A stretch of DNA of 64,000 nucleotides, taken from Cyanidioschyzon merolae. Lineage: Eukaryota. Location of the stretch: NCBI GenBank assembly GCA_000091205.1, contig AP006490.2, one strand, 5' to 3'. The translations under genes were made by a program, and so were the position numbers. Under the pieces are notes generated by a model, which worked only from the letters and a program-made list of their open reading frames with translations, made no database searches and was not told where the DNA came from. Below are positions 33,239-45,049 of this stretch, piece after piece (the stretch's first letter is position 1; every line of letters starts with the position of its first letter).

Positions 33239-34219
33239 AAAGCAAGTCTGTATGGTGGCAATGTTGGTGGCCCAGTGCCTTGTTGAACATGAAGCTCTAG
33301 TGCGGCTGTATGGTTGTTTCCCTAGATGACGAGAGCAATCCTGCGTTTGGGAATTGCTAGGTAGATTCAGTGATCCTGCAGCATGGAAATGCGCATATGC
33401 CTCCGTACCTACGTAGTCGACGACGAATGGATCAGTGGCGTGCATCGTCGACGGTCTTTGTGCTGCTCTTCCGCTCGGTCGTCATGATCTGCAGTAATGC
33501 GCGCATTTCTTTGCAGTATCAAGAAGGTTGATGCTCCTGTAGTGGGCAGTGTTGGCGCATCCGTGCGCGTCCGGTTCGACTCGACGATGAAGAACCAATA
33601 TGAAACCGGCGACAGTGCGTCCAGTGGATCAAATAGCGGCAGAGGCAATGCAGGGATCCGAGCGCCTTCGGAATCTCCATGCGAGGACGCGCGCTTTCAT
33701 ACTGCCACAAATCGATGCATCCAGAGGACTTTGAACGATCCTGCAGATTCATAGGCTTCCATGAACAAAAATCTAGACAAGAGATCCGTCCGCAAAACAC
33801 AGTGATGTTTGAGGGTTAAGGAGGCACCCGTACAGTCCGACCTCGCCTGCACACTTTGCACCGCTGCGACAGGGTCGGCTCACGATAGAACCAGAACAAT
33901 AACCAGTAGATCCGAGCGAAAGTATCGGTAATGGACCTTGAAAGCAGATTGAAGTATAATAGACGCTTTCCCTAATGCGAATATTTATCGAAAGAACCGG
34001 AATCCCTGGACAATGGAAACTTTGCGTCAACCTGGCTAGTGGACACGTGTCCCCGTGGGCGAGCGCCTGTGCGTCAAGACGAATTCCTGAATGCACTGGG
34101 ACACGCCGCCACGCAGTCCGCGTCAGCAGCGCTGCTGTTTGTCGGGGTTGCTCACACGTCTTTGCGTGCTACCTTGCGCAGTGAAGATAGCAATTCGCTA
34201 CCCGTAGCGGTGCTGGGGT

Positions 34220-34867
34220 TTGGGACTAGTCTCCATGGAGACTACGTCGGACCATTTTGCGGCGGTGAACCGACGACGTCTCCGGCCGCAGAACTACAAG
34301 TGCCCACAGTGCCCGCAGGCGTTCACGTCGAAACAGCACCGTACGGTTCACGTGCGTGTCATCCACGAGAAACGTCGTGACTACGGCTGCGGGACCTGCG
34401 GTCAAACATTTTCTCGAAAAAGCGCACAGGTGAGTCATATTCGGTACGTTCACGAAGGCCGTCGTGACCACGAGTGCCCGATTTGCAAAGTACGCTTCGG
34501 GCGCCGGAACGGCCTCAACAAACACGTTGTCGCTGTTCACTGGAAACGACGAACTTTCAGATGTGACTGTGGTGCAGCCTTTACCCGAAAAGATTGTCTC
34601 CTACGGCATCAGCGGGGTGTCCACGAGGGTCAGAGCCGACCGGGGCAATCAAGCGTGCAGTCGCCCTCGTACGGGAGCGGCTTAGCGCACGGCTCCGCCG
34701 CCCTAGTGCGGACCCCGGTGCCCTCGAAAACGACCACGTCAAACGCTTCTCCCCGCTCGCCTCTATCGAAGCCGATGGCGAGCTCGGGTGCGAGCGGCGC
34801 TCCGAGTTCATCCGGTGCGTTTACGCAATCATACGCCGACAGGAATAGCCCTTTAGCTGGAACTTGA
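34220..34867 (+). CDS. C2H2 zinc-finger protein (4-5 fingers) with Ser/Ala-rich tail
   Basis: Repeated C-x2-C...H-x3-5-H units: YKCPQCPQAFTSKQHRTVHVRVIH, YGCGTCGQTFSRKSAQVSHIRYVH, HECPICKVRFGRRNGLNKHVVAVH, FRCDCGAAFTRKDCLLRHQRGVH. Confidence 0.85.
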   Translation: MGLVSMETTSDHFAAVNRRRLRPQNYKCPQCPQAFTSKQHRTVHVRVIHEKRRDYGCGTCGQTFSRKSAQVSHIRYVHEGRRDHECPICKVRFGRRNGLNKHVVAVHWKRRTFRCDCGAAFTRKDCLLRHQRGVHEGQSRPGQSSVQSPSYGSGLAHGSAALVRTPVPSKTTTSNASPRSPLSKPMASSGASGAPSSSGAFTQSYADRNSPLAGT

Positions 34868-35968
34868 CGCGCTCTCTGTATAAAGTCGCTGACGCTGAGC
34901 CTTGGTGCTCGCGCCCCGGCCGCCGACCATCGCCGGCACTCCATTTTTCACCAAGTAGCTTCCAAGGAACTCGAGTGGTAAACGCAAGGGAGAGCACCAA
35001 ACACTCCTGGCAAGCGGAACACATCATTCATGCTCACGCAATACGCCTTGTGCTGCAGTTGCGCTTGCACACGTCATTACGGGATGCAAGTCGCAGCGAA
35101 GATTGCTGTGTCTCGTCGCACACCAGCCTGCTACGTATGCCGTACGTCGGTGCTAGCGATTGTGGTGTCGGTGGATGAGGCGCTCTCGAATTCTGTCCGA
35201 GAGCGTCCGCTCCGGGGCCCGGACAGCTGCGAATGCTCCACTCGTGCGACACGGTCTAGCGCAAACGATCTGTCGTACGCACTTGCGAGGCGACATCGCT
35301 CTGGAAAGATGCTGCCTGAGAGACGCTTCCGAGACTCTCGTGGAACAAGACCGGGTAGCAGTCATGCCGGCTTCGCTGATGCGCCTTCATCGATTCAATC
35401 GAGTGCGTACTGGAATAGGCCGCAGTAGTAGGATTCGATAGCGTCGATATTACTGCTCGAGCAAATAGCATTCTATTCCTCCGGCATTTACCTGGATAGG
35501 TGCATGGAGCGAAATGCAGAGCGAAGCATTGGTTTTGCGTACCCAATGACCCTCGGTTCTCGTCGTCGGTATGCACAAAACGCTCTGCACAAGATCAAAT
35601 TCGAGGTCGCTGGACCTCTGTGGCTTCTATCATTACACTACGATGCGTCCGGATGCCAACGGCAGCATGATCTCGGCTGTATGCCCACATTCGCGCATGA
35701 CACCCCCTCGCACAGCGTCAAAGCACTGCGTCATTCGCGTGCGATGGACACCTCAGTGGCGCTCGTGCCAACCAATGGTGAAGCCGCCGCTCACGGCTCG
35801 CTCGTGCGTACGCCCCGCTCAGGCATACGCCCCCGGGGCATACCGTGATGCGACACCGCCGCCAGCGCCAAACCTCGGCTACGCAGCGCATATGCTGGCT
35901 CTCTTCGAAGGCGGCCTTCAAAGCTCGACATCATCGCTTGCAGCACGCAAGGGTACCATGCCGGGCGG

Positions 35969-36991
35969 CTACCGAACCTGTACTGGGGCTCTTTCCTGTT
36001 TTTTCTCGGGGCTGCTCTCAAAACTGATGTGATCATGCTTTTCCATGGCATTCGCGTTGATCGTTGAAGCTTTTCTCGAAGCAATTTGCAGTTTCAAAAT
36101 TGAATAATAGGTCACGCCAGCCAGTGCAATAAGAATGCCGAGCAAATTCATCATCTCCAAAGGCCGCCCAAAGAACAGAAAATCGGTCAGGATAATTGCG
36201 CTCGTCTTGGCGATGCCGAGCACACAATACGTCACCGATGAGGTATAACCAATGACCATGAAAACCGAAACATTCACGCACAGTGCCGCGATCCCGGAAT
36301 ACGAAAGGAGGCGCACATTCTCCGCGGTGTAGGCATAGTCGATGACTCGCCTGCCGGGCTCTTTGCTGAACAAGTCCGCGACAAGAACAAACGGTATCAA
36401 CATGGCGGCTACCATTGGGGCGACGTAAAGCTGTAATTGCAGCGGATTTGCATCAAGTTCCTTCTGCAAGCGCCCGGTCCAGACCGCGTAGCACGCACAG
36501 GCGACGACGCTGATGAGCGCGAAGCATGTTCCCAGAGCATTGAGGTTGAAGTCGGTTGCGAACGCCACCACCATGCCCGCCACCATGATCAATAATGAAC
36601 GAACCAGCGACGTATCGAAGGATTGATTATAGAAATAAAATTCTATAAACAAAACGACCGGAGTGGACAGATGTTTCATTAGCTGATAAAAAGCCACGGA
36701 GTTATGCTGTAGCGACAGGTTACTAAACACGACGAACGATATATTTCCCAGTGCGAGTCTTGCGCACTTGCGCCAGTCCAAGTGTTTCGCTTGAAAGACG
36801 CGCACTTGCAAGAGAAGCGCCAGGCCCAGTGCTGTCACGAAATAGTGCCAGAACGTCAGGCTTGTTGCAAAGTGAAACGCCGCACGAAATACTTGCTTGT
36901 TCGCTGCGACGATGCCCACGGACGACAAAAAATTGAACGCCATGGCGGCGATACTGCGGGACGCCCCCCAGTGAGACGCTTTCGGTAGCAT
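35969..36991 (-). CDS. Nucleotide-sugar / triose-phosphate transporter family protein (SLC35, TPT/DMT superfamily)
   Basis: About 10 TM helices with the two-half DMT architecture. Sequence is TPT-like (FWHYFVTALGLALL; NLSLQHNSVAFYQLMKHLSTPVVLFIEF; GILIALAGVTYYS). Confidence 0.75.
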   Translation of the reverse strand: MLPKASHWGASRSIAAMAFNFLSSVGIVAANKQVFRAAFHFATSLTFWHYFVTALGLALLLQVRVFQAKHLDWRKCARLALGNISFVVFSNLSLQHNSVAFYQLMKHLSTPVVLFIEFYFYNQSFDTSLVRSLLIMVAGMVVAFATDFNLNALGTCFALISVVACACYAVWTGRLQKELDANPLQLQLYVAPMVAAMLIPFVLVADLFSKEPGRRVIDYAYTAENVRLLSYSGIAALCVNVSVFMVIGYTSSVTYCVLGIAKTSAIILTDFLFFGRPLEMMNLLGILIALAGVTYYSILKLQIASRKASTINANAMEKHDHISFESSPEKKQERAPVQVR

Positions 36992-39079
36992 CTCCCAAAT
37001 CGTGTGAAATCAATCCGATACAGATATTATTCGTGTGGAGCGTTCGCGAGCGCGCGCCCCCTCTGAAACCACCAGCCGCTCTCGGGTATCGTCAGCGGGC
37101 TCTACGACGAGCACCCGAACCCTCTCAACAACTGAAGTAACACGTAGAACCAGTGCCTCTATCTTAAAAACACATTCAAAGTTGACGCTACGTTCTGCAG
37201 GAAGAGATCTGCGTTCTCGAGTTGAACAGTACGGATACCGCGTATGCTCCAGAAACGCGTACCGTGCTGCGTGTGCTGTTGCCGGGAACACGCACGCACG
37301 TTGGCGCGCACGCAGCGTCGAATGCACGCATACCAACAACAGATGGCGGCGGTGGCGGGTCCCGGCAACCGCGCATCATCCAAACTGGGACACTCTCCGC
37401 ATTTGTTGCTACAAAAGTGTCGGATTCGAGTAGAACACCGAATGGATCCTAGTGCTCATGCACTGAGATTGTTGCGAACCTGTTTATAGGCGTGCAGTCT
37501 CGATTCTCGACGTGCAGCGAGAAGGGCTTACGCATTCATGGGTCGTTTTCGGATGCTCGGGTGAGTCGACGCTGTGGCTCATTCGACGCTCTATTGGTGC
37601 AATTCTTGAGTCTAACGAGTATTGTTATCAAGAGGGATCATAAATTTCTAGAAGACGAGATCGTAAAATAACCGATTTCCTTAAAAAGCCCCATGCATAC
37701 AAGTCTCGGTGATTCTTCTTTTCTTACGAATTTTCCGCTCAAATCACACATGCTTCAAGTTTCCGGTGCTTCTGTTCCAGGGCAACACCGGGGTGCAGCA
37801 ATGCGCGCTTCTGGATTGGAGCGTGAAACGAGTCTACGTCATTTTTGGAAGACTTGTTCGCAAGATTACGCTGAGCGTTCACTGAAGTCGTCGCGCGAAA
37901 TCATCGATTCCGTTCGAAAGACAAATCCTGCTTTCTTTGTGCGTGTCGCCAGGACGTCATTCCACAGCAGCATAATATTTCACACAGGATATGCAACCAT
38001 AGGCTCGCTGTCACCTCTGTTTATGTGAAAAGAGGGTCTTGGCTGCGATTCGGACACGGGTCATCGCAGCGATCATCGCCAGTCGAGCGCGCGTCACGGG
38101 GTTGCACGCAGTGAGCCAGAAGCGGATCGGAATTTCTTGACCTGTTGCCGAACCTTGATTTTCCCTCAGGTACTTGTTCCATCATCGTGGACAACGTCGC
38201 GTCCCAAACATTCGATATCGAATTAGACAGCGTGCGCTTGCGTGTCCAGCGGATAGAGACCCCGCAGATGGGATCCCCTGCAAAACGCCCGTGGTCAAGG
38301 GGTACTGCATCGGTGCTAGCCTTCGTTGGCAATCAAGGGCATGTAACGAGCGACAGAGCAATCGTTCACGCGCATCGTGGCGGGCCTCGGAGCAGGAGTC
38401 GGTGTAGTAGCAGATATGGTGAACACACGGGAACAGCTTACCCCAATCACGTGTCGCCGCTGCACAAAGCGCAAGCAGGCTGTCAATGAAAAAGATAAAT
38501 CCCGCGACATCGCTACGTCGATGAGCCAGACCGCGTTCCAGAATGGATGACGAGTCATTCGGCCTCGAGGCAATTCATAACGATCGCCCTGGCGTCCAGC
38601 AGACAGCTCGTGCCATCGAATGAAGCTTACAACCAAAGTATGCGCGTAAACCTGGGCTCCGTTCAGGTTCTTCGACCAGCAACGACTCCCCGGTATCTGC
38701 TTCAGAACCACGGTCCAGTGTCGCTTCCGAGAACTGGCCTCGACGCAGCGCCAGTCCATCCGACAATGCTCAAGAAACACTGGCGGATAGTTGCGTGCGG
38801 TCCAGCGCGCTGTGCCCAGCAGCCGGGCAGCACCAAGACGCTCGCGAACCGAAAGCTGCTCCGCGCTTCCTTCACTTGCCGCTGTAGAGGAAAAGGTCGC
38901 ACATTTCCCAACAGTATAGAGTTTACGGTTCCTTCCAGGTACAGAGGTACGCTATGATCGCGGGGTTTACATACGGTGGACCGAAGCAGCCGCGTGCACC
39001 AGCGTTCCCATATTCATCAGGTCTGCCGTCGGTGCACGAGGTCACCGAGCCCACCACACGAACCAGCGCATGCTCTGCC

Positions 39080-39708
39080 TCACTTGCGATTCACGGGAAT
39101 ACGCGCCCGCAGCTTTTCTCTTTGCTCGCGAGTATCCTCCGGAAGCGGCTGCAGGTACGGAGGCAGTCCAGGGAACTTGGGCACGTTGCCAGTGTCCAGA
39201 ATAGAGCGGCGCGCTAGCGTTGAGCCCGGACGATTTTCTGCCTTGGGCGCCGCCGCAGTAGCCACAGGCTGTTGCTCTTGCTGCTGGGTCGCTCCAGTAC
39301 GCGCTTCCGCAAAGGAACGCGCCTGTGCTGTCCGCTGACGCTGCTCCTCTTCCTCCTCCTGCTTCGTCTTCGCGCGCTTGGGCACTACCTTTGGACGACC
39401 GATTGCAGCCATCGGGGCGCGGATAGGAGGTTTCGCCGCCTCTGGGACATCGTCGTCGTCGTCCTCCTCCCTCCGCTCCGGAACATCTTTAAAAGGAGAC
39501 TTGACAACACCCTTCTTGACCAACTCACTGGTCGGCGCTGTTTGCGTCACTGGCGGCTTGTAACCCGGTTCACCGGGCTGAGGTTCCGCCTGCAGCTGGG
39601 AAACCAACGCTCGCCGCGCCGTCGCAGCCCGTGTACGCCGGCTGCAGCGCGACTGAACCGCACCAGAGCGCGTTCCGATAAAACCTGAGCTGATAACAAA
39701 CGCCATCG
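39080..39708 (-). CDS. Low-complexity Pro/Glu/Gln-rich hypothetical protein
   Basis: ORF with an acidic block (EEDDDDDV), polyE/Q, and C-terminal RSILDTGNVPKFPGLPPYLQPLPED. No domain recognised; the upstream part of the listed ORF runs into the satellite array. Confidence 0.3.
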
Positions 39709-39899
39709 CACCAGCAGACTGTATCCGAAGCAACGCACAGTACCAAACGCGTTCTTCTATGACAGGTAACGCGCACGCGACAAAAGTGTTGGCGTCTGCG
39801 TTGAACGCAGCTCGATGCCATCGCGCTGCGGTTTGCGCAGGCGGTTTCCCGCTGCGCCTCAGCGGTGCGCTGTGATCTCCGGGGTCGCCACGAGACGCC

Positions 39900-40750
39900 C
39901 GTCGACGCTGCGCCAGCAAACGGCGCGCTGCTGTGCGCCGAGGAACGCGCTGTCCCGTATCTGGGGGGCAGAGGTGCGCACAATCGGAAGTTATGTACAA
40001 TATATAGCATAGTTATATATTTATGTCGCAGGCCAGCACACGGCGCGCTGCTGTGCGTCGAGGAACGCGCTGTCCCGTACCTGGAGGCAGAGGTGCGCAC
40101 AATAAAAAGTTATGTACAATATATTGCATAGTTATATATTTATGTCGCAGGCCAGCACACGGTGCGATGTTGTGCGTCAACGCGCTGTCCCGTACCTGGG
40201 GGCAGAGGTGCGCACAATCGGAAGTTATGTACAATATATAGCATAGTTATCTATTTATGTCGCAGGCCAGCACACGGCGCGCTGCTGTGCGCCGAGGAAC
40301 GCGCTGTCCCGTATCTGGGGGGCAGAGGTGCGCACAATCGGAAGTTATGTACAATATATAGCATAGTTATATATTTATGTCGCAGGCCAGCACACGGCGC
40401 GCTGCTGTGCGTCGAGGAACGCGCTGTCCCGTACCTGGAGGCAGAGGTGCGCACAATAAAAAGTTATGTACAATATATTGCATAGTTATATATTTATGTC
40501 GCAGGCCAGCACACGGTGCGATGTTGTGCGTCAACGCGCTGTCCCGTACCTGGGGGCAGAGGTGCGCACAATAAAAAGTTATGTACAATATATTGCATAG
40601 TTATATATTTATGTCGCAGGCCAGCACACGGCGCGCTGCTGTGCGTCGAGGAACGCGCTGTCCCGCACCTGGGGGGCAGAGGTACGCACAATAAAAAGTT
40701 ATGTACAATATATTGTATAGTTATCTATTTATGTCGCAGGCCAGCATGTA
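39900..40750. repeat. Satellite array: ~118-bp monomer x7, organised as a ~355-bp three-monomer higher-order repeat x2 plus one monomer
   Basis: Monomers begin atgtcgcaggccagca at about 40023, 40142, 40258, 40378, 40497, 40611 and 40731. Three monomer subtypes A, B and C recur in the order A-B-C-A-B-C-B. Repeat-derived ORFs recur at a 354-bp offset (40013-40234 versus 40367-40588). Confidence 0.85.
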
Positions 40751-42941
40751 CGGGTGGCATGCATCCATCGTGGTGCCATGATGTGCACTGCGCGATGAAA
40801 CCTGTCTATCCGCGAGGGCGAATGGACTTTCTCGTGAGCGCGTCAACGGTGCAAGAACCCGGACATAGCGTGCTCTTCTTATGGTGCAGGGTCGTTGCAG
40901 CTGACATCCTGCTTACCGATGTAAGGCATTCGCGCATACGCATACGACGATATTGAGGCGACCAGCAGGATTGTTCTCAGAAACGAACACCGCGTCTCCA
41001 TGGTTTGCAGAGCTGCACTCTCCATGACTCGCAAGCGCATGATCGACAGATCCCGAACGCTGTTCTCAATGAAGAACAATCAGTTGCAGCGACGGGATGC
41101 TGGTCGCGCTCTCATTGCGTTGTACGCTTCCCGTGAAGCGACATTTCGCCCCGATACCGTAGAAGAAGAATTCGTCGGCGATGCAAGCCAACGGCCCCGA
41201 CGAGCACCGTAAGCTTACCAGGTCGTATCAATCCGGAATCACCAGCGCCAGCCAATGCCTGACCCCCGTGTCGCATGCGGACTCGTATGCAGCCCAGTGC
41301 GTTCGTGGCAAATCGTCCCCGAGGGTTGAGGCTGCGTCAACGCAGCGCTCCATGTGCATTCGGGGATCTACTGTATTGGCGGCTTCTCCGGAGCATACCC
41401 AGCGCCTCGGAATAGGTGCCGAGCGGCCGCGAGCCCAGTCACCAGGCGATCTCGCGGATGGAGAACGCAGCAAACTGGTGACCCCGGGGGTATGCGACAT
41501 CGAAAAAGCTCTGCTCCTGGTTGTCGATTCAGACCAGCGTTTGCTCCAAGAGCGCCGCATCGCGTCGAGCTTTTGTCCCCCAGCGCGTAGCTTCCGTTGA
41601 CATGTCGTCGAGACGCACGCTAGCGCCACTTGTCCGCGACGTGCTTCGCGTTTACGGCGTTTCCGCTGTGCTTCGTACTGGCATGTGTTCCCGCGGACTC
41701 ATGCTGCGCTGCTTGCAGCAATTCGCACGTCCATGCATACACGAACGTGCAGAACGCGCTGGAACCAAACAAACAAAAACAACGGTTTACATGCTCCAAC
41801 GAACAGGCTCAGGCTCCGACAGCCCGGATGCATACAAACTGTGTGTCTCTCGCAACGCTCGCCCCGGTCGCCGCTGGGCGCTATGCCTCCGGTACGGCGC
41901 TTTGCGAAGTATCACTCGAGTCGTATGCCTTCTCGTCTGGTCGCTGCGCTAAACCCGAACTGTTCAGTCAAAGAGAGCATGACGCCGGGTCCGGTAAAAC
42001 TCGTAGCGGCCTCTAGCGTACTGTCACGCAACTAGCAACATATCGCTTTTCCCGATCAGCTATATCGCAAACATGCTGCGCAGCTCAGCAGTACTCCAAA
42101 CGTGCTTGGACTGTCTCGTGACTGCTACGTGGGGCGTGTGTGAAGGCACCCTCGAGCGACTAGCGTCAGGCATCGCTTTCTCCCTCTACAAAAGATACAT
42201 ACGCATGCAAACACATATCCATACGCAACCCAGACCCTCAGACAGTACGAATACACTGGATGAGAGAAGAACGCCCATCGCAACAGGCGCTGCTTTCGGT
42301 TCCTCCCGAAGAGCGCAGCCTACGCTGCTGCGTAGCGCTTTGCAGGTATGGTTGCATCATAGGGTCCCGCGTCCAGGTCCTCCACCTCTAAAACTCCACA
42401 TCGATTCCATTGAACTTTACGCGTAGTTTCCTCGGTACGACGAGAGCAGCTTCTAGCCACCGCAGAGTCGAGATCAGCCTGTCAGAGGTGTATAGGAAAC
42501 GAGCCTCAGCATGGGAACCTCAGCTGAGAGTGAGCAAACAATTGGTTTGGTTGTCATCATTTCTCGAAACCGCCTGCTGGCAAGCGTGCCACTCCAGTCG
42601 CAACTACCAGGTACCTGGCTTGTCTCGACGCAGCGGGCGCACCCGGCACCCGCTGCGTCGAAAGCACCCGTACCTTGGCAAACACCGCGTCCGCCGGTGC
42701 GACATCGTCCGGTCAAACCGTCCAACGAACACATGAACCAGTTTTGAGACTAGTGGCAGTAGCCTGCTAGCCTTTGGTCAACTTCGTTGCAGCGGGCCTT
42801 TGCCAGCGTTGCCCCACGAACGACACGTGCCCGCAAACACCTCAGACCTTGTTCCGCTTCGCAGCAGTGCCAAGTGCACAGCGGGGGCGTTCCCTGCGTA
42901 GACACCGTCCGCGGAACTCCGCTTTGTAGGCGTGTCGCGCT

Positions 42942-44621
42942 ATGGAGCCCTGGTACGCCTCCAGGGGGTCGTCACAGGTCTTTCACCGGCTCCTGGTGCC
43001 CTGGCGAGACGAACACGAATGGCTGGAGGTTTGCACCGACCTGGTAAACAGCCCGGCGACGGCGATCGCCTCTACGACCTGGCAACAGGTCCATGTCTGG
43101 AGAGCAAGGATGGCACTGCCACCAGCAATAGCGGTGCTCGTGGACGCAACTGGAAGCATGGAGCAGCTGCTCCAGACGTGTGCTGCTGTCGCAGTCGAAC
43201 CGGGTCCACCGCAGTGCTCTCGGTCGCAAGCGCTCCAGACACAGCGCCTCGCAGCAGCACTGGCCTTGTCGCGGGCAGTGAGTGTGCTTACCGACCGCGT
43301 ACAACAGCGACACAAGTATGCCCAGTCCGTGGGCAACCTTGCAAAGACGCTGGGAATCCCGGCATTGTTGGTGGAGGTTCGACACGCAACCGTTCACCAA
43401 ACGTTGCCGTCGGTGGCCGCTCTTGTCGAAGCGTACTCTGCCTGGACAGACTTTGTCCGAACACGTTATATTGAAACACGAAAGCGATCGATCGCTTCTT
43501 TCGAGAGCAACCTCCGAGCGCTGGCTCGGATGTGGTACTCGACGAGACCCGTACCGCACCACGGCGAGCAGGGTCCAATGCAGCAAGTCGCAGCGCCTCT
43601 GCTGCAGGCACCCGGTACCGCGGATACCGACTCGACAGCTGCTGCCTTTGCAGAAGCGCTCTTGCATCCCTCTGCATACGTAGAGGTGCGCTGGTTCGCG
43701 GCACTAGTCGCTCAGCACATGCTAGAGTACGCGCGTGAGACCAGTGCATCGGACAACGCGTTACCTTCTCGCGAGCGCCTCGAAGCATGGTTCCGGTATC
43801 TCTGTCCCTTGCATGAAACCTGGCCGCACTTTCTGCCGAGTCTCGTTTGTGCACTGGTAATGGCGCTGAGGACAACCGCCGTGGAAACGGAAACTGCCAC
43901 AACAGACGCAACCGGGATTTCAGGGGCAACACATTCGCCAGCAACTCCACACGCAACAGTGGTGAGCGCTTCCGTGTGGAGACCAAGCGCTGCGGTGCTC
44001 CTCGTGGGACTTTTGGAGACACTGCGAGCGCGTCTTTCACAGGCGACCTCGCTGGAACCCTGGGTCATCGATCACGACTGCCACTGGCTCGAGTGGCTTC
44101 TCCATACCCAATTTGCACAAGAAAACGATGTATTACGCCTGTACTGCGAGAGGTGGATCCAACAGAGCCGGGTCGGGAAACGTAGACAAGCACCGCGGGA
44201 ACGAACAAGTCGCACCCTGAAGAAAACGCCCGCCCTGTGGCATCAGACGAAGCGCTGGCGTTGGCGTTGGTGCTGGTGGTGGCAACACAGCCTTCGATAT
44301 CGAGCGGCTGTGAGCTGGAAAACGGGCCCTTCGCCGCGTTGGGAGCCCCAGTTCGGGCCCTTGTATGGTGCCTGGCGTCGCTGTGTGAGTTGGCCAACGT
44401 GCCCGCTGGGTACGCTTCCCGTCGGTTACGACGCTGCAGCGGTTCAGCGTGGAACCTCGCTGGGGATGTGCTCCGCGGATCCCGCTACCAACACCGTGTT
44501 CACTGCGAAGGAGAACGAGCTCGCCCAGCGTCTTGTCCAGCGGACGCTCTACCTGCTCGATGAATACGACCAAGTCGAGCACCAAGCAGGAATGAGCGCT
44601 TGCGCGGATGCGTCCACGTAG
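42942..44621 (+). CDS. LAS1: LAS1-like pre-rRNA processing endonuclease (HEPN nuclease)
   Basis: The N-terminal Las1 domain shows VPWRDEHEWLEV, HVWRARMALPPAIAVLVDAT and LGIPALLVEVRHATVHQTLPS, with an R-x4-H HEPN motif. Confidence 0.65.
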   Translation: MEPWYASRGSSQVFHRLLVPWRDEHEWLEVCTDLVNSPATAIASTTWQQVHVWRARMALPPAIAVLVDATGSMEQLLQTCAAVAVEPGPPQCSRSQALQTQRLAAALALSRAVSVLTDRVQQRHKYAQSVGNLAKTLGIPALLVEVRHATVHQTLPSVAALVEAYSAWTDFVRTRYIETRKRSIASFESNLRALARMWYSTRPVPHHGEQGPMQQVAAPLLQAPGTADTDSTAAAFAEALLHPSAYVEVRWFAALVAQHMLEYARETSASDNALPSRERLEAWFRYLCPLHETWPHFLPSLVCALVMALRTTAVETETATTDATGISGATHSPATPHATVVSASVWRPSAAVLLVGLLETLRARLSQATSLEPWVIDHDCHWLEWLLHTQFAQENDVLRLYCERWIQQSRVGKRRQAPRERTSRTLKKTPALWHQTKRWRWRWCWWWQHSLRYRAAVSWKTGPSPRWEPQFGPLYGAWRRCVSWPTCPLGTLPVGYDAAAVQRGTSLGMCSADPATNTVFTAKENELAQRLVQRTLYLLDEYDQVEHQAGMSACADAST

Positions 44622-45049
44622 ACCAGCGCCAAGCGCCCAACACGTGTGCCACGAACAGCTTCTTGGCACCACACAGACTTTGGCACCTACTCGGAGATGC
44701 TAGGGGCGCGCCTCTGACCCTGTACAGTGGCGTTTTCGACGAAATGCAACACGTTCCCTTGGCGATGATGGACTTCTTCTCAGCGAGCGCACCGATAATG
44801 ATGCTGGCGTTCTCTCTGCTCCACAGGACGACGCTGGGCGGCGGGCGATACGCTGCAGGTCTCGCTGCATCCCGGAACGCACCCTCTATGCCTCGATCAC
44901 ACTGCGTACCTGTCTCTATACATACCGATCATGCAGCATTCCGTGCTTCAAATGCCTTTGCACGCCCCAGTGACTCGCAGAGGCGTTCTCGATATCACAG
45001 CGTATCACTGCTCCCGAGCCTCCAGCTGCATCTCGATGCGTCCACCGCT

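Noticed and set aside
39570-40956. Multiple ORFs inside the 118-bp satellite (for example 39570-40100, 40013-40234, 40516-40956) with repeated peptide text
   Set aside because: They are translations of the tandem repeat and recur at the repeat period. Likewise the VCVCVC ORFs at 53834-54293 and the MPRIWVLRMVSYFMA ORFs at 60161-60610.
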